63,109 nucleotides of DNA, filler included, from Octopus bimaculoides (GCF_001194135.2; 6 parts of 6 records of this genome joined end to end with filler, not necessarily neighbours in it); one strand, 5' to 3'. Shown: positions 1 through 11,892, counted from the first letter of the whole stretch. Notes: generated by a model from the letters alone, not told the origin. Numbers and translations are program-made.

Positions 1-44
<44 letters not shown>

Positions 45-136
45 ACACACACATATACATATGTTATGATAAAGAACATTGAAATCTGAGATTTAAAAAA
101 TAAATATTTATTTTTATCGTAAGCAAAAGATTTTGA

Positions 137-380
137 TGTTATTACGAACGATAAAACATCGAGATAAGTCGCAGCTTGTTGTTTTTGGACTGCATATGAT
201 ATTGAGTAGGTTGTCCTGACATTAGCTGGTCATTGTGTATCGCTGTCGCAGTCTGTTCCTTGTTTTGTGATGTCACAGCGCTCTGGTCAACTGCTGTTTC
301 TGCTTCTGTCTTCTGACGTCTACCACCAGCCGTCTGGTGCCTGTTCGTTGTGATTAAAATGCATTGAATAAACAGTGGCG
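137..380 (+). mobile_element. Possible short LTR followed by a PBS-like TGGCG
   Basis: Starts TG (137), higher GC than its flanks, AATAAA at 367-372, CA at 373-374, then gTGGCG. No second LTR or gag/pol visible. Confidence 0.25.
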
Positions 381-1119
381 GTTTGGCTCAGAAACAAAAG
401 CGCGTCAAGGATGAAGTTGTGTTAGATCCTATTCCACACGAAGACCTGAATGGTCAGATTTTTTGATGACGTTGGTAAGATTCTAGCAAATCGCGATCTT
501 ACCCTTCAATTTTCTGTTTTTGTTTCTTCTTTTTTTTTTTGCATCGGATTTTGTGATTCGGGTTCGATTGCTAAATATTTTCTGCTACACATCCATCCAT
601 CCATATATGCATATATATTATGTAGGTTGATAAGTCAGTGAGTAGTTATAGAGGTAGACAGGTATGTGTGCACGTATGCACATGTGCAGTTAGGTAGGTA
701 GGAAAATGTCTGTGTATACATGTCTGTATGTATGAATGAATGTATGTACGTATGTGGATAGGTAGGAAGGTAGGTAAGTACGTAGGTAGGTATGTGGGTG
801 GTTAAAGTGTCTCTAGTTACATCCGTATCTTGATTCCGTGGTAATATCCAGTTACGAAAGCGCTCTGAAGATAGTTCTGTCCAAATTCCTGGCTATGGGC
901 GTGGAGAGACCGTAACGACAAACGCTAAAAACATACATAAGCTACATTCTATGACCTTAATGCCAATACGTGTAGAAAACGAAAAATCACTACTTAATCT
1001 CATCATACACACGCACACACACGCATCAACATAATACACACACACACGCATATATACATATAAATATGCTTATGTATATATATATATATGTATGTATGTA
1101 TGTGTGTGTATACACACAT

Positions 1120-1872
1120 AAAAGGTGCGATGGGTAAATTGCCGCCATTTTATATTTTTAATTTCGCGCATGCGCTTTGTTTGCTTTTGATTTTGTCGAC
1201 TACACAGTATCGTAGGATCAGTTGGGCACCGTCTGTGAGAAAAACAGCACCATGACGCGATTCACTCTGCCAGAAATTTCGAAACGACATGCTCTATTGC
1301 TTGGCATTCGCGCCAAAAGCTTCAATACGAACATTTCGGAGTGTTTGGGTGTCAATCTGGGGACAGTGCAATCCGAGGACATGAACCGAAAGTACAAAAA
1401 AATCAAACATCCAGTCAACATCATGGTGTTTGAAGTGATCGTTAGTGATGGCGATGTTATGCCTCCATTCATCTTCCCACACGGCCTCGCACTCAACACG
1501 GTGGCCTACATCAAGTATCTGGAGGAGGTAGTGCTGTTCTGGGTCAAGAAGACCCTATGTCTGGCAACAAGACTCTGCACCATGCCACACAAGCAAGAGA
1601 ACCCAGTCATGGCTGTCACCAAAGATGAACTGAAGGCAAGGGTTATGGTAGCATTCAGCAATTTAAACAAGGTGGCCGTCCAGAAGAGGTGCAGGAGATT
1701 CCGAAGTCATCTGGAGGCCGTGGTTGAAGCCAATGGCGATTTTATTGACTAAATTTACTCTTTAGTATTTCAAGATATTTTAATGTTATTTTGGTAAATA
1801 TATCCGTTAAAATGAAATGTCAGTGTTACTTTCATTTTTGCGTAATTTAGACATTTTATTCACTGCACCCTG
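1120..1872 (+). mobile_element. Internally deleted Tc1/mariner-superfamily (maT/DD37D-like) element
   Basis: Terminal inverted repeats (TIRs) aaggtgcgatgggtaaa ... ttattcactgcaccctg; ORF 1222-1752 has HPVNIMVFEVIVSDG...FIFPHGL and C-terminal FRSHLEAVVEANGDFI; homologous copy inverted at 42894-43652. Confidence 0.85.
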
Positions 1873-2049
1873 TTTTTTCCTGTTGTCTTTTTTCTCCGTT
1901 TTTTAAAATTAATTATATACATACATACATACATACATACATACATACATACATACATACATACATACATGCATACATACATACATACATATATATGTAC
2001 GTGTTTAAGAAAAGAAAGTCCTAACCAGACGGCTATTGCAAATTCGATA

Positions 2050-2375
2050 CTATTGTATAATTAACACCAGAAAGCTTTGACTACCAATAATGTCAGTCTA
2101 CTATTCGATTTTCCTAAGAAATTAGACGAAGGAAATCGTAAAATTCTTCATCTTACATATTGTTAAAAACACCTCTTTTAAATAACAAATCAAAAAATAT
2201 AATAGAACAAGTAGGTGACATCCCCTATTTTTAATATATTTCTAAATTTCAGAGAAGACTATCTGAAAATTTCATTAAAACAAGGTTCTGGTAACATAGC
2301 CATACGTTTCACAAACAAAACCGAAAGAAGATACAAGTCAACGTTATTCAAGTATGTTTGAACTTCGTCTGACAC
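2050..2375 (+). mobile_element. Decayed Penelope-like GIY-YIG endonuclease fragment
   Basis: Frameshifted translation LSENFIKTRF*HSHTF...KSTLFKYV* resembles the F(K)xRxxxHxxxF...STxLSKYVW pattern also seen at 31598-31915. Confidence 0.5.
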
Positions 2376-2748
2376 AACTCCCTCCATTTTGTTTTAGGTT
2401 GGAAAGAAAGTCCTGTTGCATTTTTCACATCATTAGTTTGAGGGTGTTTTCTCAATATTAACTGTAAAATAAATATTTTTTTTACATTCTAATGGGTTTT
2501 TTCTTCTCTTTGTAGATTACTTTACTCCAAATTTATTAAATTCGTATCAATTTTACCCTTTTAAAATGAGTTTAGATCAGACCCATATCGGACAGAGCAT
2601 ACTGTAAGAATTCATAAAAGGAAACGTTAAGAAGTATTTATTTTCTCAATGGAAATGAAGCTTTAAGTGTCCGGATATGTAATCGATGGGAAAACTGTTT
2701 ATTAATTTTGAAGTGGTTGTTAATAATCCTGTCTATTATAGGCTGCTC

Positions 2749-3138
2749 GTGGAGGCGCAATGGTCCAGTGGTTAGGGCAGTCGACTCGCGGTCATAGGAT
2801 CGCGGTTTCGATTCCCAGACCGGGCGTTGTGAGTGTTTATTGAGCGAAAACACCTAAAAAAGCTCCACGAGACTCCGGCAGGGGATGGTGGGGAACCCTG
2901 CTGTACTCTTCCAACACAACTTTCTCTCACTCTTACTTCCTGTTTCTGTTGTGCCTGTAATGCAAAAGGGTCAGCCTTGTCACACTGTGTCACGCTGAAT
3001 ATCCCCGAGAACTACGTTAAGGGTACACGTGTCTGTGGAGTGCTCAGCCACTTGCACGTTAATTTCACGGGCAGGCTGTTCCGTTGGTCGGATCAACTGG
3101 AACCCTCGACGTCGTAAGCGACGGAGTGCCAACAACAA
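2749..3138 (+). mobile_element. tRNA-headed SINE family A, full length with 11-bp target-site duplication (TSD)
   Basis: A-box TGGTCCAGTGG, B-box GGTTTCGATTCC, (AAC)n tail; TSD TATAGGCTGCT at 2737-2747 and 3139-3149; highly similar copy at 46573. Confidence 0.9.
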
Positions 3139-3403
3139 TATAGGCTGCTGATATGCGGGGTTAGGTTCTATGCCTTGACCCGAGCATAGAACGGGGCTCG
3201 AACACAGTATATGACCAGTATTTATTTTGTAGAATCCTTCCATTTCACCCTACTCTCCAGAAACTATACATGGACAATCAATAGTCTTTTTTTAAAATAT
3301 ATATATATATATTTCACATTGCTTTTCTTTCTTCCTTCCGTATTATTTTCGTATCTTTCATTCCGATTTTAAAAATTATACTCTCCTCCATCTCCTCCTC
3401 CTC

Positions 3404-3442
<39 letters not shown>

Positions 3443-3689
3443 CACTCGCTTTCCTTCTCTTTCTCTCTCGCTCTCTCTTCTGGGGTCCTTTCCCATCATT
3501 GTGACATTTCGTTCTCGTCTCATTTACAAACTATTTCGTCGTGTTGTCTTTCTCTACAATTACAACAAAATGGCGGCTATCTTATTACCATCACGCTGAG
3601 CTAGACGAAACTAAGACAAACGCAACGAGCCACATGATATAAACACACACGCACACACACATACACACACAAGCCCATAGACCGCAGCC

Positions 3690-4120
3690 ACTTGGCTGAA
3701 ACACATAAAAAAAAAAAAAAAAAAAAAAAATGTATATTATATATGTGAGTGTGTGTATTATATACATACACACGCATATATAAACATATATACTTATATA
3801 CATTCATGTATATACGCATATTCATACTTATATACTTACACATATACATATATAAATATTATATATGTACATATGTATATATGTGTATATGTATATATGT
3901 TTATATGTTTATATCGATATGTGTATGTACATTTGTATATATAAGTCTATACATACGTAAGTATATACACATATATACGCATAAATAAATGCATGTACAC
4001 ACACACACACACGCATGCACATACATACACACACACACGCACACACACACACACACACGCCGCACACACACACACACACACACACGCCGCACACACACAC
4101 ATATATGTATGTATATACAT
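3690..4120. repeat. Poly(A), (TA)n and (CA)n microsatellite block
   Basis: Read directly; source of spurious YI/HT/VC ORFs. Confidence 0.95.
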
Positions 4121-4246
4121 ACGAAAGGGTGCTGAAAAGTTTCTGGCTTTGGGTAGAAGAAAATACAGGAGAATCACTTAATTATGATTTTATTGAACAT
4201 CTTCCCTTCTCAGATTCGCACCATTATTGCAGCCATCACTACGGTT
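4120..4246 (+). mobile_element. Mariner-derived MITE (truncated by gap)
   Basis: TIR tacgaaagggtgctgaaaagtttctggcttt; matches 40606-40825. Confidence 0.8.
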
Positions 4247-5160
4247 NNNNNNNNNNNNNNNNNNNNNNNNNNNNNNNNNNNNNNNNNNNNNNNNNNNNNN
4301 NNNNNNNNNNNNNNNNNNNNNNNNNNNNNNNNNNNNNNNNNNNNNNNNNNNNNNNNNNNNNNNNNNNNNNNNNNNNNNNNNNNNNNNNNNNNNNNNNNNN
4401 NNNNNNNNNNNNNNNNNNNNNNNNNNNNNNNNNNNNNNNNNNNNNNNNNNNNNNNNNNNNNNNNNNNNNNNNNNNNNNATATATATAACAGTAAGAAAAT
4501 GGAGGGGAATATGTGGTATTCATCAACTTGCAGACATTGTATTGTGTCAATTTACCTGTTTATTTTCTAACTAAGAGGACAATAAAAACAATATACAAAC
4601 ACATGTGACATATTATGTCGTATCAGTAATTAAAAAGGACATCTAGTGACCGAAGATTGGACAATGTCTTACAGCTGTTTCAGTCTAGGGAAACAAAAAC
4701 AACAACAGCAACAACAACAACAATACCAGCTGCAACAACAGTAACAACGGTAACGACAAAAACAACAACACTAGCAACATCGAGAACGAGAAAACCAAAG
4801 TAGGCAATATTGCTCCCCCCCCCAATTTTTTCAGGGGGCAGATTGAGGAACGGGTAGATTGAGGACAGTTAATGCTTCACTTACATATCCTCTGCTTTCG
4901 TGGTAGTCAGACAGGAGCACAATGTGGTTGACACCGTATTTATTATTGGCCGTCGCCTGCATTGGGATGTTCTCATCTTTCGCAATTAGCCGCTTCTTTA
5001 TTAGTTTGGTCGTCTCAAAAGTAATCCACTTCCCTTTGCCTTCGCTGTTTCTCTCCAGCTTCACTTTGCGTGTCCGTAGAGACTTATTTGTCGATAGACA
5101 ATTTACCTACAAACAAGGGTGAAAGAGAAACAGAAGAGTTATATTTTATTTTACCTTCTT

Positions 5161-5985
5161 AATATACCAATATAAATGTCTTTTATTATGTCCCAAACAC
5201 CATTTTAATATACCAATATGTATTTGTTTTTGTTACGTTCCAAACATCATCTNNNNNNNNNNNNNNNNNNNNNNNNNNNNNNNNNNNNNNNNNNNNNNNN
5301 NNNNNNNNNNNNNNNNNNNNNNNNNNNNNNNNNNNNNNNNNNNNNNNNNNNNNNNNNNNNNNNNNNNNNNNNNNNNNNNNNNNNNNNNNNNNNNNNNNNN
5401 NNNNNNNNNNNNNNNNNNNNNNNNNNNNNNNNNNNNNNNNNNNNNNNNNNNNNNNNNNNNNNNNNNNNNNNNNNNNNNNNNNNNNNNNNTGTCTTATTGA
5501 ATATATGAAATATTGAGTATTAAATATAGAGTATTAAATGTATAAGGACTAGTATACTTTCCTACCTCATGGCATTCATCAAGGTACTCTATAGTTAATA
5601 CTCAATATTTCATATATTCAATAAGACATTCAATACTTCATTTCATTTTACTATTTATATTATATATTCCATATTTATATTATATATTCTATATCCCACA
5701 TTAATTTTGTAAGAATATGAATAAAACATAAAAAACAGACAGAGTTGGAACTCTTTTAAATAANNNNNNNNNNCACATTAATTTTGTAAGAATATGAATA
5801 AAACATAAAAAACAGACAGAGTTGGAACTCTTTTAAATAATATATTCCTCTATACACGATCAAACAAAACCCTTTCTTTAATATTTAAAATTTTTTTATT
5901 CATATATATATATATATATATATCTTTTGTTATGTCCCAAGCACCATCTGAATATACTAATATATATTTGTCTTTTGTTCTCAGC
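5161..5985. repeat. Degenerate ~46-bp minisatellite units flanking the inverted repeat and gaps
   Basis: aatataccaatat...ttttgttatgtcccaaacaccat at about 5161, 5207 and 5922-5985. Confidence 0.6.
5490..5628. repeat. 44-bp inverted repeat, 1 mismatch, 51-nt spacer
   Basis: 5490-5533 versus 5585-5628. Confidence 0.92.
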
Positions 5986-6365
5986 TTTATAATGGAAACG
6001 ATAAACATTTTACTAATTCTCTCAGAAAACACAATAATTGATAAGACATTTTAGTTGCGAAAAGATTAAGACACCTACCTCAAGTACCGTGAACTCTTCT
6101 TCTTCTGCAGTCTGCACGGGTCGTAAATACAACCACAAAATTGCTTTCTTAATTGAATACATGTATGGTAAAAGCTTCAGTGAAAACTGGAACGTATTTG
6201 TTAAGTTGGAGAAGGAAGAGTTTGACACTGAAAAGAGAAGAAAAAAAATCTACGTTAGAAAGTCCTCTATTGAAGAATCCGTTTTGAGATTCTTTGCTCC
6301 GATATTCTAATCACACATCGATAGTACTGGAGCTGTGACTTCTCAATGCCCCTGTTCATACAACG

Positions 6366-6425
<60 letters not shown>

Positions 6426-6682
6426 CGGACAGTTAGGTAGATGTATGTATGTACGTATATTTCAACCACATGTTTTACCTCTTGTGGTGAATATTGAAGG
6501 GGAGACAATACCTGCTCCGTCAGATACAGTCGAAGAATCTGCACATTTAGTTTATTTTCTATTTAAGAATTTTTATTCTTTTATTTTCTTACACATAAAT
6601 CGAATTCTTACATTTTTGTCGCTTTTAGCTGCATATTGCACCGATTCATCTTTTGGAATTGCCGACGCAGCATAACTCGAGA

Positions 6683-6842
6683 CGCGGCTGTGTGGTAAGA
6701 AGTTTGCTTCACAACCACATGGTTCCGGGTTCAGTGCCACTGCGTGGCACCTTTGGCAGGTGTCTTCTGCTACGGCATTAGGCTGATCAAAGCCTTGTGA
6801 GTGGATTTAATAGACGGAAACTGAAAGAAGCACGTCGTATGC
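6683..6842 (+). mobile_element. tRNA-headed SINE family B (5' module)
   Basis: ggctgtgtggtaag...ggttccgggttcagtgccactgcgtggcacc...gtggattt...gaaactgaaagaagc; at least eight copies in the window. Confidence 0.9.
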
Positions 6843-6849
6843 ATATATG

Positions 6850-7036
6850 TATAGGGAGAATTCACAAAAAAAACAACAGACGAAGACAGGTGGTGTAGAA
6901 AACAAATAGATGTATTAGTATAACGTTCGGGAATTGAAAAAGTCTTTAACTTTTCGAGCCTACGCTCTTCTACAGAAAGGAACACAGAAAGAAACAAGGA
7001 GAGAAAAAATGTGTGTAGTGGTTAGCGATCTATCAT
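6850..7036 (-). mobile_element. PLE pseudo-LTR-like repeat family F with degenerate HHR
   Basis: Homologous to 62795-63060 and 23762-23900; minus strand reads cttt CTGTAGA A GAG cgtagg CTC GAAAaGTT AAAG. Confidence 0.6.
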
Positions 7037-7582
7037 NNNNNNNNNNNNNNNNNNNNNNNNNNNNNNNNNNNNNNNNNNNNNNNNNNNNNNNNNNNNNNNN
7101 NNNNNNNNNNNNNNNNNNNNNNNNNNNNNNNNNNNNNNNNNNNNNNNNNNNNNNNNNNNNNNNNNNNNNNNNNNNNNNNNNNNNNNNNNNNNNNNNNNNN
7201 NNNNNNNNNNNNNNNNNNNNNNNNNNNNNNNNNNNNNNNNNNNNNNNNNNNNNNNNNNNNNNNNNNNNNNNNNNNNNNNNNNNNNNNNNNNNNNNNNNNN
7301 NNNNNNNNNNNNNNNNNNNNNNNNNNNNNNNNNNNNNNNNNNNNNNNNNNNNNNNNNNNNNNNNNNNNNNNNNNNNNNNNNNNNNNNNNNNNNNNNNNNN
7401 NNNNNNNNNNNNNNNNNNNNNNNNNNNNNNNNNNNNNNNNNNNNNNNNNNNNNNNNNNNNNNNNNNNNNNNNNNNNNNNNNNNNNNNNNNNNNNNNNNNN
7501 NNNNNNNNNNNNNNNNNNNNNNNNNNNNNNNNNNNNNNNNNNNNNNNNNNNNNNNNNNNNNNNNNNNTATATATATATATAT

Positions 7583-7740
7583 ATGATTTTATTCAGCATA
7601 TTCTCCTCTCAGATTTACACACTTATTTTCTCGGTCTTCCAGTTTTTCTAAGCCCTGTAAAAGTATTCGGACGTTTGGGCTTCTAGCCAGACCTTTAGCG
7701 ATACTTTTAAAGCCAGGAGCTTTTCAGCATTATCCCTCGC
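7583..7740 (-). mobile_element. Mariner-derived MITE (partial)
   Basis: Reverse complement of the 9074/10922 MITE, ending in TIR aagccaggagcttttcagca. Confidence 0.8.
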
Positions 7741-8242
7741 GTGCGCGCGTGTGTGCGTGCGTGCGTGTGTGTATGTGTGTACAGAGGGTGACATAGAGAA
7801 ACGGCTGGATATGTGTGTATGCACATATTGTTGTTGCAGCTACACCATTCTAAATCAATTCTATTTGAGCAATCGTATGACAAATTGTCGGCCAACAACA
7901 AGGCATTCCACCCCTAACAGATTCATCGGCCCCGTTACACCATGTCTCCTACGATTAAGGACCATGCTACCTTCATGCAGAACACAATAAAGAATTAAAC
8001 GAACTAGGTGGACTGTGGCAGTCAGGACAAGGTGTACTCACTCCACTGTCCACTCCGTACTCTTGCTAGTACTTTGTACACCGACATAAATAATGGGTTG
8101 TATGACGTGCCATAATGAGACCCTCAACACATGTACTTTCTCTACTGGTTCTGTACGCCTGCGGGTACTCTACCCTCGTCGACAAGGCAAGGATGAATCG
8201 TATGAGGGTGGAGTGCAGTAGTCTGGACATGTAGTTATTCCA

Positions 8243-8631
8243 ATGATGATGATGATGATGGTGATGATGATGGTAATGATGATGATGATAATAATGATGA
8301 TAATGATTATGATGTTGACGACGACGACGACGATGATGATGATGATGATGATGCTGAAGATGGTAATGATAATGACGATGATGATGATGATGACGATGGT
8401 GATAATGATGATGATGAGGATTATGTTGACGACGACGACGACGACGACGACAATGATGATGAAGATGGTAATGATGATGATGATGAAGATGGTGATGATG
8501 ATGATGAGGAGGAGGAGGAGGAAGAGGAGGTGAGGGAGCAGGAGCAGGAAGTGGAGAGGTATTTTAAAAACGATGATAATGAGGATGATGATGACGACGA
8601 CGGTGACGACGATGACGATGACGATGATGAC

Positions 8632-8663
<32 letters not shown>

Positions 8664-8770
8664 GGAGGAGGAGGAGGAGGAGGAGGAGGATGGTGGTGAT
8701 GATGGTGATGATGATGATGATGACGATGAGGAGGAGGAGGAGGAGGATGGTGGTGATGGTGGTGATGACA
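8243..8770. repeat. Compound (GAT/GAC/GAG/GGT)n trinucleotide array
   Basis: Read directly; contains duplicated higher-order blocks (tatgttgacgacgac...gaagatggtaatgat). Confidence 0.95.
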
Positions 8771-9073
8771 CAGAGTTGCTGACGTCTGTAAAACAGTCAG
8801 CTCCGCATGTTTGTAACTGGAAATTCTGAAATTCTGTGATGGCGTCGAAGAGGAATTTGTTGATGTTTTCTGCAGAGTTCTGGGTGAGGTGGGGGTGGGT
8901 GCAAGCGTTATCATTATCTACCTATGACGTCATAGTTGCACGGCCACCCTCCACCCCACCCACTCCCAATACGAACTACGAAAACAAAACAACTACGAAT
9001 ACTAAGAAAACAAGTAGCAATGGCACCATAACTATAGACATATTGACTGATGATCAATGTCAAATCGATATGA

Positions 9074-9246
9074 TACGAGAGGTTGCTGAAAAGTTCCTGG
9101 CTTTAAGGGTATCGCGAAAGGCCTGGTTAGAGGTCCAGCCTTCCGAGTTCTTTTACAGGGCTTAGAAAAACTGAAGGACCGCTGCAATAAGTGTGTGAAT
9201 CTGAGAGGGGAATATGTTGAATAAAATCATAACTAACTGATCCAGA
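9074..9246 (+). mobile_element. Mariner-derived MITE (partial)
   Basis: TIR tacgagaggttgctgaaaagttcctggcttt, then transposase C-terminus GLEKLKDRCNKCVNLRGEYVE*. Confidence 0.85.
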
Positions 9247-9399
9247 TTAACCTTGTGTACGTTCAACGACCATTTAACAATAGCAGGGCCCTCGGAGATT
9301 CCAGGTTGGTACCCGGTGTTTTGGGAAAGCACTGGATGTGAGGACTCTGCACGGGTATTGCTGACATTTTGCATGGACAATGGTCAGCGGTTGAGAAAG

Positions 9400-9600
9400 G
9401 ACAGTGGTATAAGTACTTGGGAATACTGGAAGCAGATGAGATAAAAAAATGAAGAAATGAAGCAAATTACCAGTAGAGAGTACACAAGGAGTGTGAGAAA
9501 ATTATTGCAGCCAAAGCTGGGTGACAAAAATCTTATTGAAGCAATAAATTCAAGAGCAGTACCTTAATCAGATGTGGAGTTGGAATTATAGACTGGACCT
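9400..9600 (+). mobile_element. R4/Dong-like non-LTR retrotransposon RT-region fragment
   Basis: YKYLGILEADEI...MKQITSREYTRSVRKLLQPKLGDKNLIEAINSRAVP...GIIDWT. Confidence 0.7.
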
Positions 9601-9759
9601 GATAGAAAAACTGGTTCTTTTTTAATCAGGAAAAGTATTTATTGTAGATGACCTTCCGCGATATAGGACATATAGATGGTTTGTTGTGTGTGTATGTGGT
9701 TTGATCCGTGGAAAGCGTCAAACGCTGGTCATTGGAATTTCAAAAAATGGCGGCCTCCG

Positions 9760-10109
9760 TAAAAGTTCGTGTCACGTGATTTGGAGAGAAAAACTGAAAG
9801 TGCGTTGTTTGCTGCGAATTTTGTGTCGTGACCCAGATATTCAGAAGTTCTTTGTTTGAATGTTGATGAACAAATATGAGAGTTGATGGAACATGAGCGT
9901 TCATCTATGATGTTGAAACAGAAAGAACAATTCTGACACTGGTTTGTGCTATCGTCACGCCGCGATCTGACTCCTAAAAAGTACATCAGAGCCGCTTCAA
10001 TGTAAAAATGGTGTTGATCGTTCTTCTTTCATTGGAAAGGTGTCGTTGACCATGACTGTGTTCCGCGTGGGCAGACGATCAAAGTTTTCATTGAATATCT
10101 TGAAGGGTC

Positions 10110-10149
<40 letters not shown>

Positions 10150-10800
10150 TGAAGGAAGAGGACTCAGGTCGGGCCAACAGAAAACAAAACTAGGTGCCGC
10201 TGCATGAACAACTCTACTGCGTACACGTTATACTGTAACCGTGACATCTTTTAGTGAAGCACAAGACGACGCTCGTCACCCAGAATCGCTATACTCCCGA
10301 TTTGTTTTGTCCCCAAAAGGTTACAAATTCAGTCGACTGATGAAATCGAAGCCAATTCGCTATGGCAACCATTCACTATCCTTGGAAACGCGTTCTAAGA
10401 CGAGTTCCAAAAGTGGAAAATAAAAAAAAAACGTTGGGAACGATGTTTCAGTAATGGAAGTGTCCAGTATTTTGAAGATGAGTGTGACTAAACTAAGAAT
10501 GAATAAATTGAGTGTGACTAAACTGAGTGTGACTAAACTGAGTTTGACTAAATTGAGTGTGACTAAACTAAGTGTGACTAAATTGAGTGTGACTAAATTG
10601 AGTGTGACTAAACTGAGTTTGACTAAATTGAGTGTGGCTAAACTAAGTGTGACTAAATTGAGTGTGACTAAATTGAGTGTGGCTAAACTAAGTGTGACTA
10701 AATTGAGTGAGACAAAATTATAGGTACGCAATAGACGGAATTAGAAGGAAAACTTTCAGCTTCTTTTTGAATGACATCTCGTTCAAGAAGAAACTCCGGG
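9760..10800 (+). mobile_element. Decayed mariner transposase and 3' end
   Basis: Frameshifted motifs MVLIV/FFHWKGVVDHDCVPRGQTI, YTPDL (YSPDLAP-like) and RWERCFSNGSVQYFEDECD* (stop 10489-10491); TIR-like ctttttgaatgacatctcgt near 10765-10785. Confidence 0.8.
10481..10720 (+). repeat. 15-bp minisatellite, 16 units (AGTGTGACTAAAYTR)
   Basis: Units start every 15 bp from 10481 to 10706; source of the SVTKL and LVTLN ORFs. Confidence 0.97.
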
Positions 10801-10921
10801 ATATTCACAATCTACTACAGATATCCTCCTTCAAAACGTTCTTAAAAGATCCTGACCCAAAACTTAGAAGACGCTGCTAGTAGGACAGCAATGATCGCCA
10901 TAGAAAGAATGGTAACCTATC

Positions 10922-11143
10922 TACGAAGGGGTGGGGCTGAAAAGTTCCTGGCTTTAAAGGTAACACGAAAGGATTGGTTGGAGGCCCAACCTTCTGACTT
11001 AATTTTACAGGGCTCACAAAAACTGAAGGACCACTGCAATAAGTGTGTGTGTCTGAGAGTGGAATATGTTGAATAAAATAATAATTAGTTGATCCTCCTG
11101 TATTTTCTTTTTCAAAAAGCTAAGAACATTTCAGCACTCCTTG
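10922..11143 (+). mobile_element. Mariner-derived MITE, about 220 bp, both TIRs
   Basis: Left gctgaaaagttcctggcttt, right aaagctaagaacatttcagcac; internal KLKDHCNKCVCLRVEYVE*. Confidence 0.85.
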
Positions 11144-11289
11144 CTGGTTATTTAGAATATGGTCTCCAAAAATACTATATAAGATAATTAAAAAAAAACA
11201 GTAATTGTTGAACCGAAGCAGCATTTGTCCAAGTCCTACAAGAGACCTGGTCCATGTTAACATAACGGTAAAAGGTGATGCTAGAAGGA

Positions 11290-11800
11290 AAAAAACAGTC
11301 GGGTGTCTGAATCTACCACAAGATAGCTTTTGATTCCATATGACTGCTTTACCAAAACTCTATAAGTATATAAATTTGATGATGCAATCCATGAAGAATT
11401 GGAGAACAGTTTCTTATAGACCTCAATAGCACAATGATTCCAGACTCACAAGAATACATACTTGAATAGTCCAGTGTGACAGTACTTCTCGCCTTGTTTT
11501 AATCCTGTATTCATCTTATCCTGAAGGTGGCTAATAAACAGAAGCTATTTATGATTCCACATAGACATCTTGGGCAAGTCTCTTCTACTATATATATATA
11601 TTTTGCCCTGTGTGCTTACGATTCTGCCAGCTCGCAGTCTTATTTCTGTGAATATATTGGTAGATTATTTAAAGAACAACACAGACAAATGGAGAAAAAG
11701 ACTCCGAAGGAATATTGTAAACACATCAAAGTATTATTTAAAACAGAGTTAAATATTTATAAGGTATTAAGGATTAAAAATGGTAAAAGTGGAATATGAG
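11290..11800 (+). mobile_element. R4/Dong-like RT fragments
   Basis: IAFDSI, MQSMKNWRTV, QCDSTSRLVL (QGDSLSPLLF-like), KEYCKHIKVLFKTELN; short family D SINE fragment near 11610-11640. Confidence 0.55.
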
Positions 11801-11858
11801 GAGGTTATGAAAAAATACGTGATTACATTACTTCTGACTCCAAGGTCATAACCAAATG

Positions 11859-11892
<34 letters not shown>

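Noticed and set aside
826-873. HHR-like GTAA/TTAC stem followed by GAAAGCGCTC and a near-complementary stem I
   Set aside because: The 7 nt where CUGANGA should be read TTCCGTG; too divergent to call.
2749-2830. tRNA gene
   Set aside because: A and B boxes are present but continue into SINE body with TSDs; all tRNA-like heads here are SINEs.
3591-4574. Many ORFs rich in YI, HT, VC, LS or ER dipeptides and X runs, here and throughout the window
   Set aside because: Translations of (TA)n, (CA)n, (TACA)n, (AG)n and N gaps; no coding evidence.
5697-5840. 67-bp direct repeat
   Set aside because: Identical copies on either side of a 10-N gap: contig-overlap artefact.
10360-10731. LVTLN/SVTKL repeat ORFs as a pentapeptide-repeat or leucine-rich-repeat gene
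   Set aside because: Explained by the 15-bp minisatellite at a mariner end; both strands are open simply because those frames of the unit lack stops.
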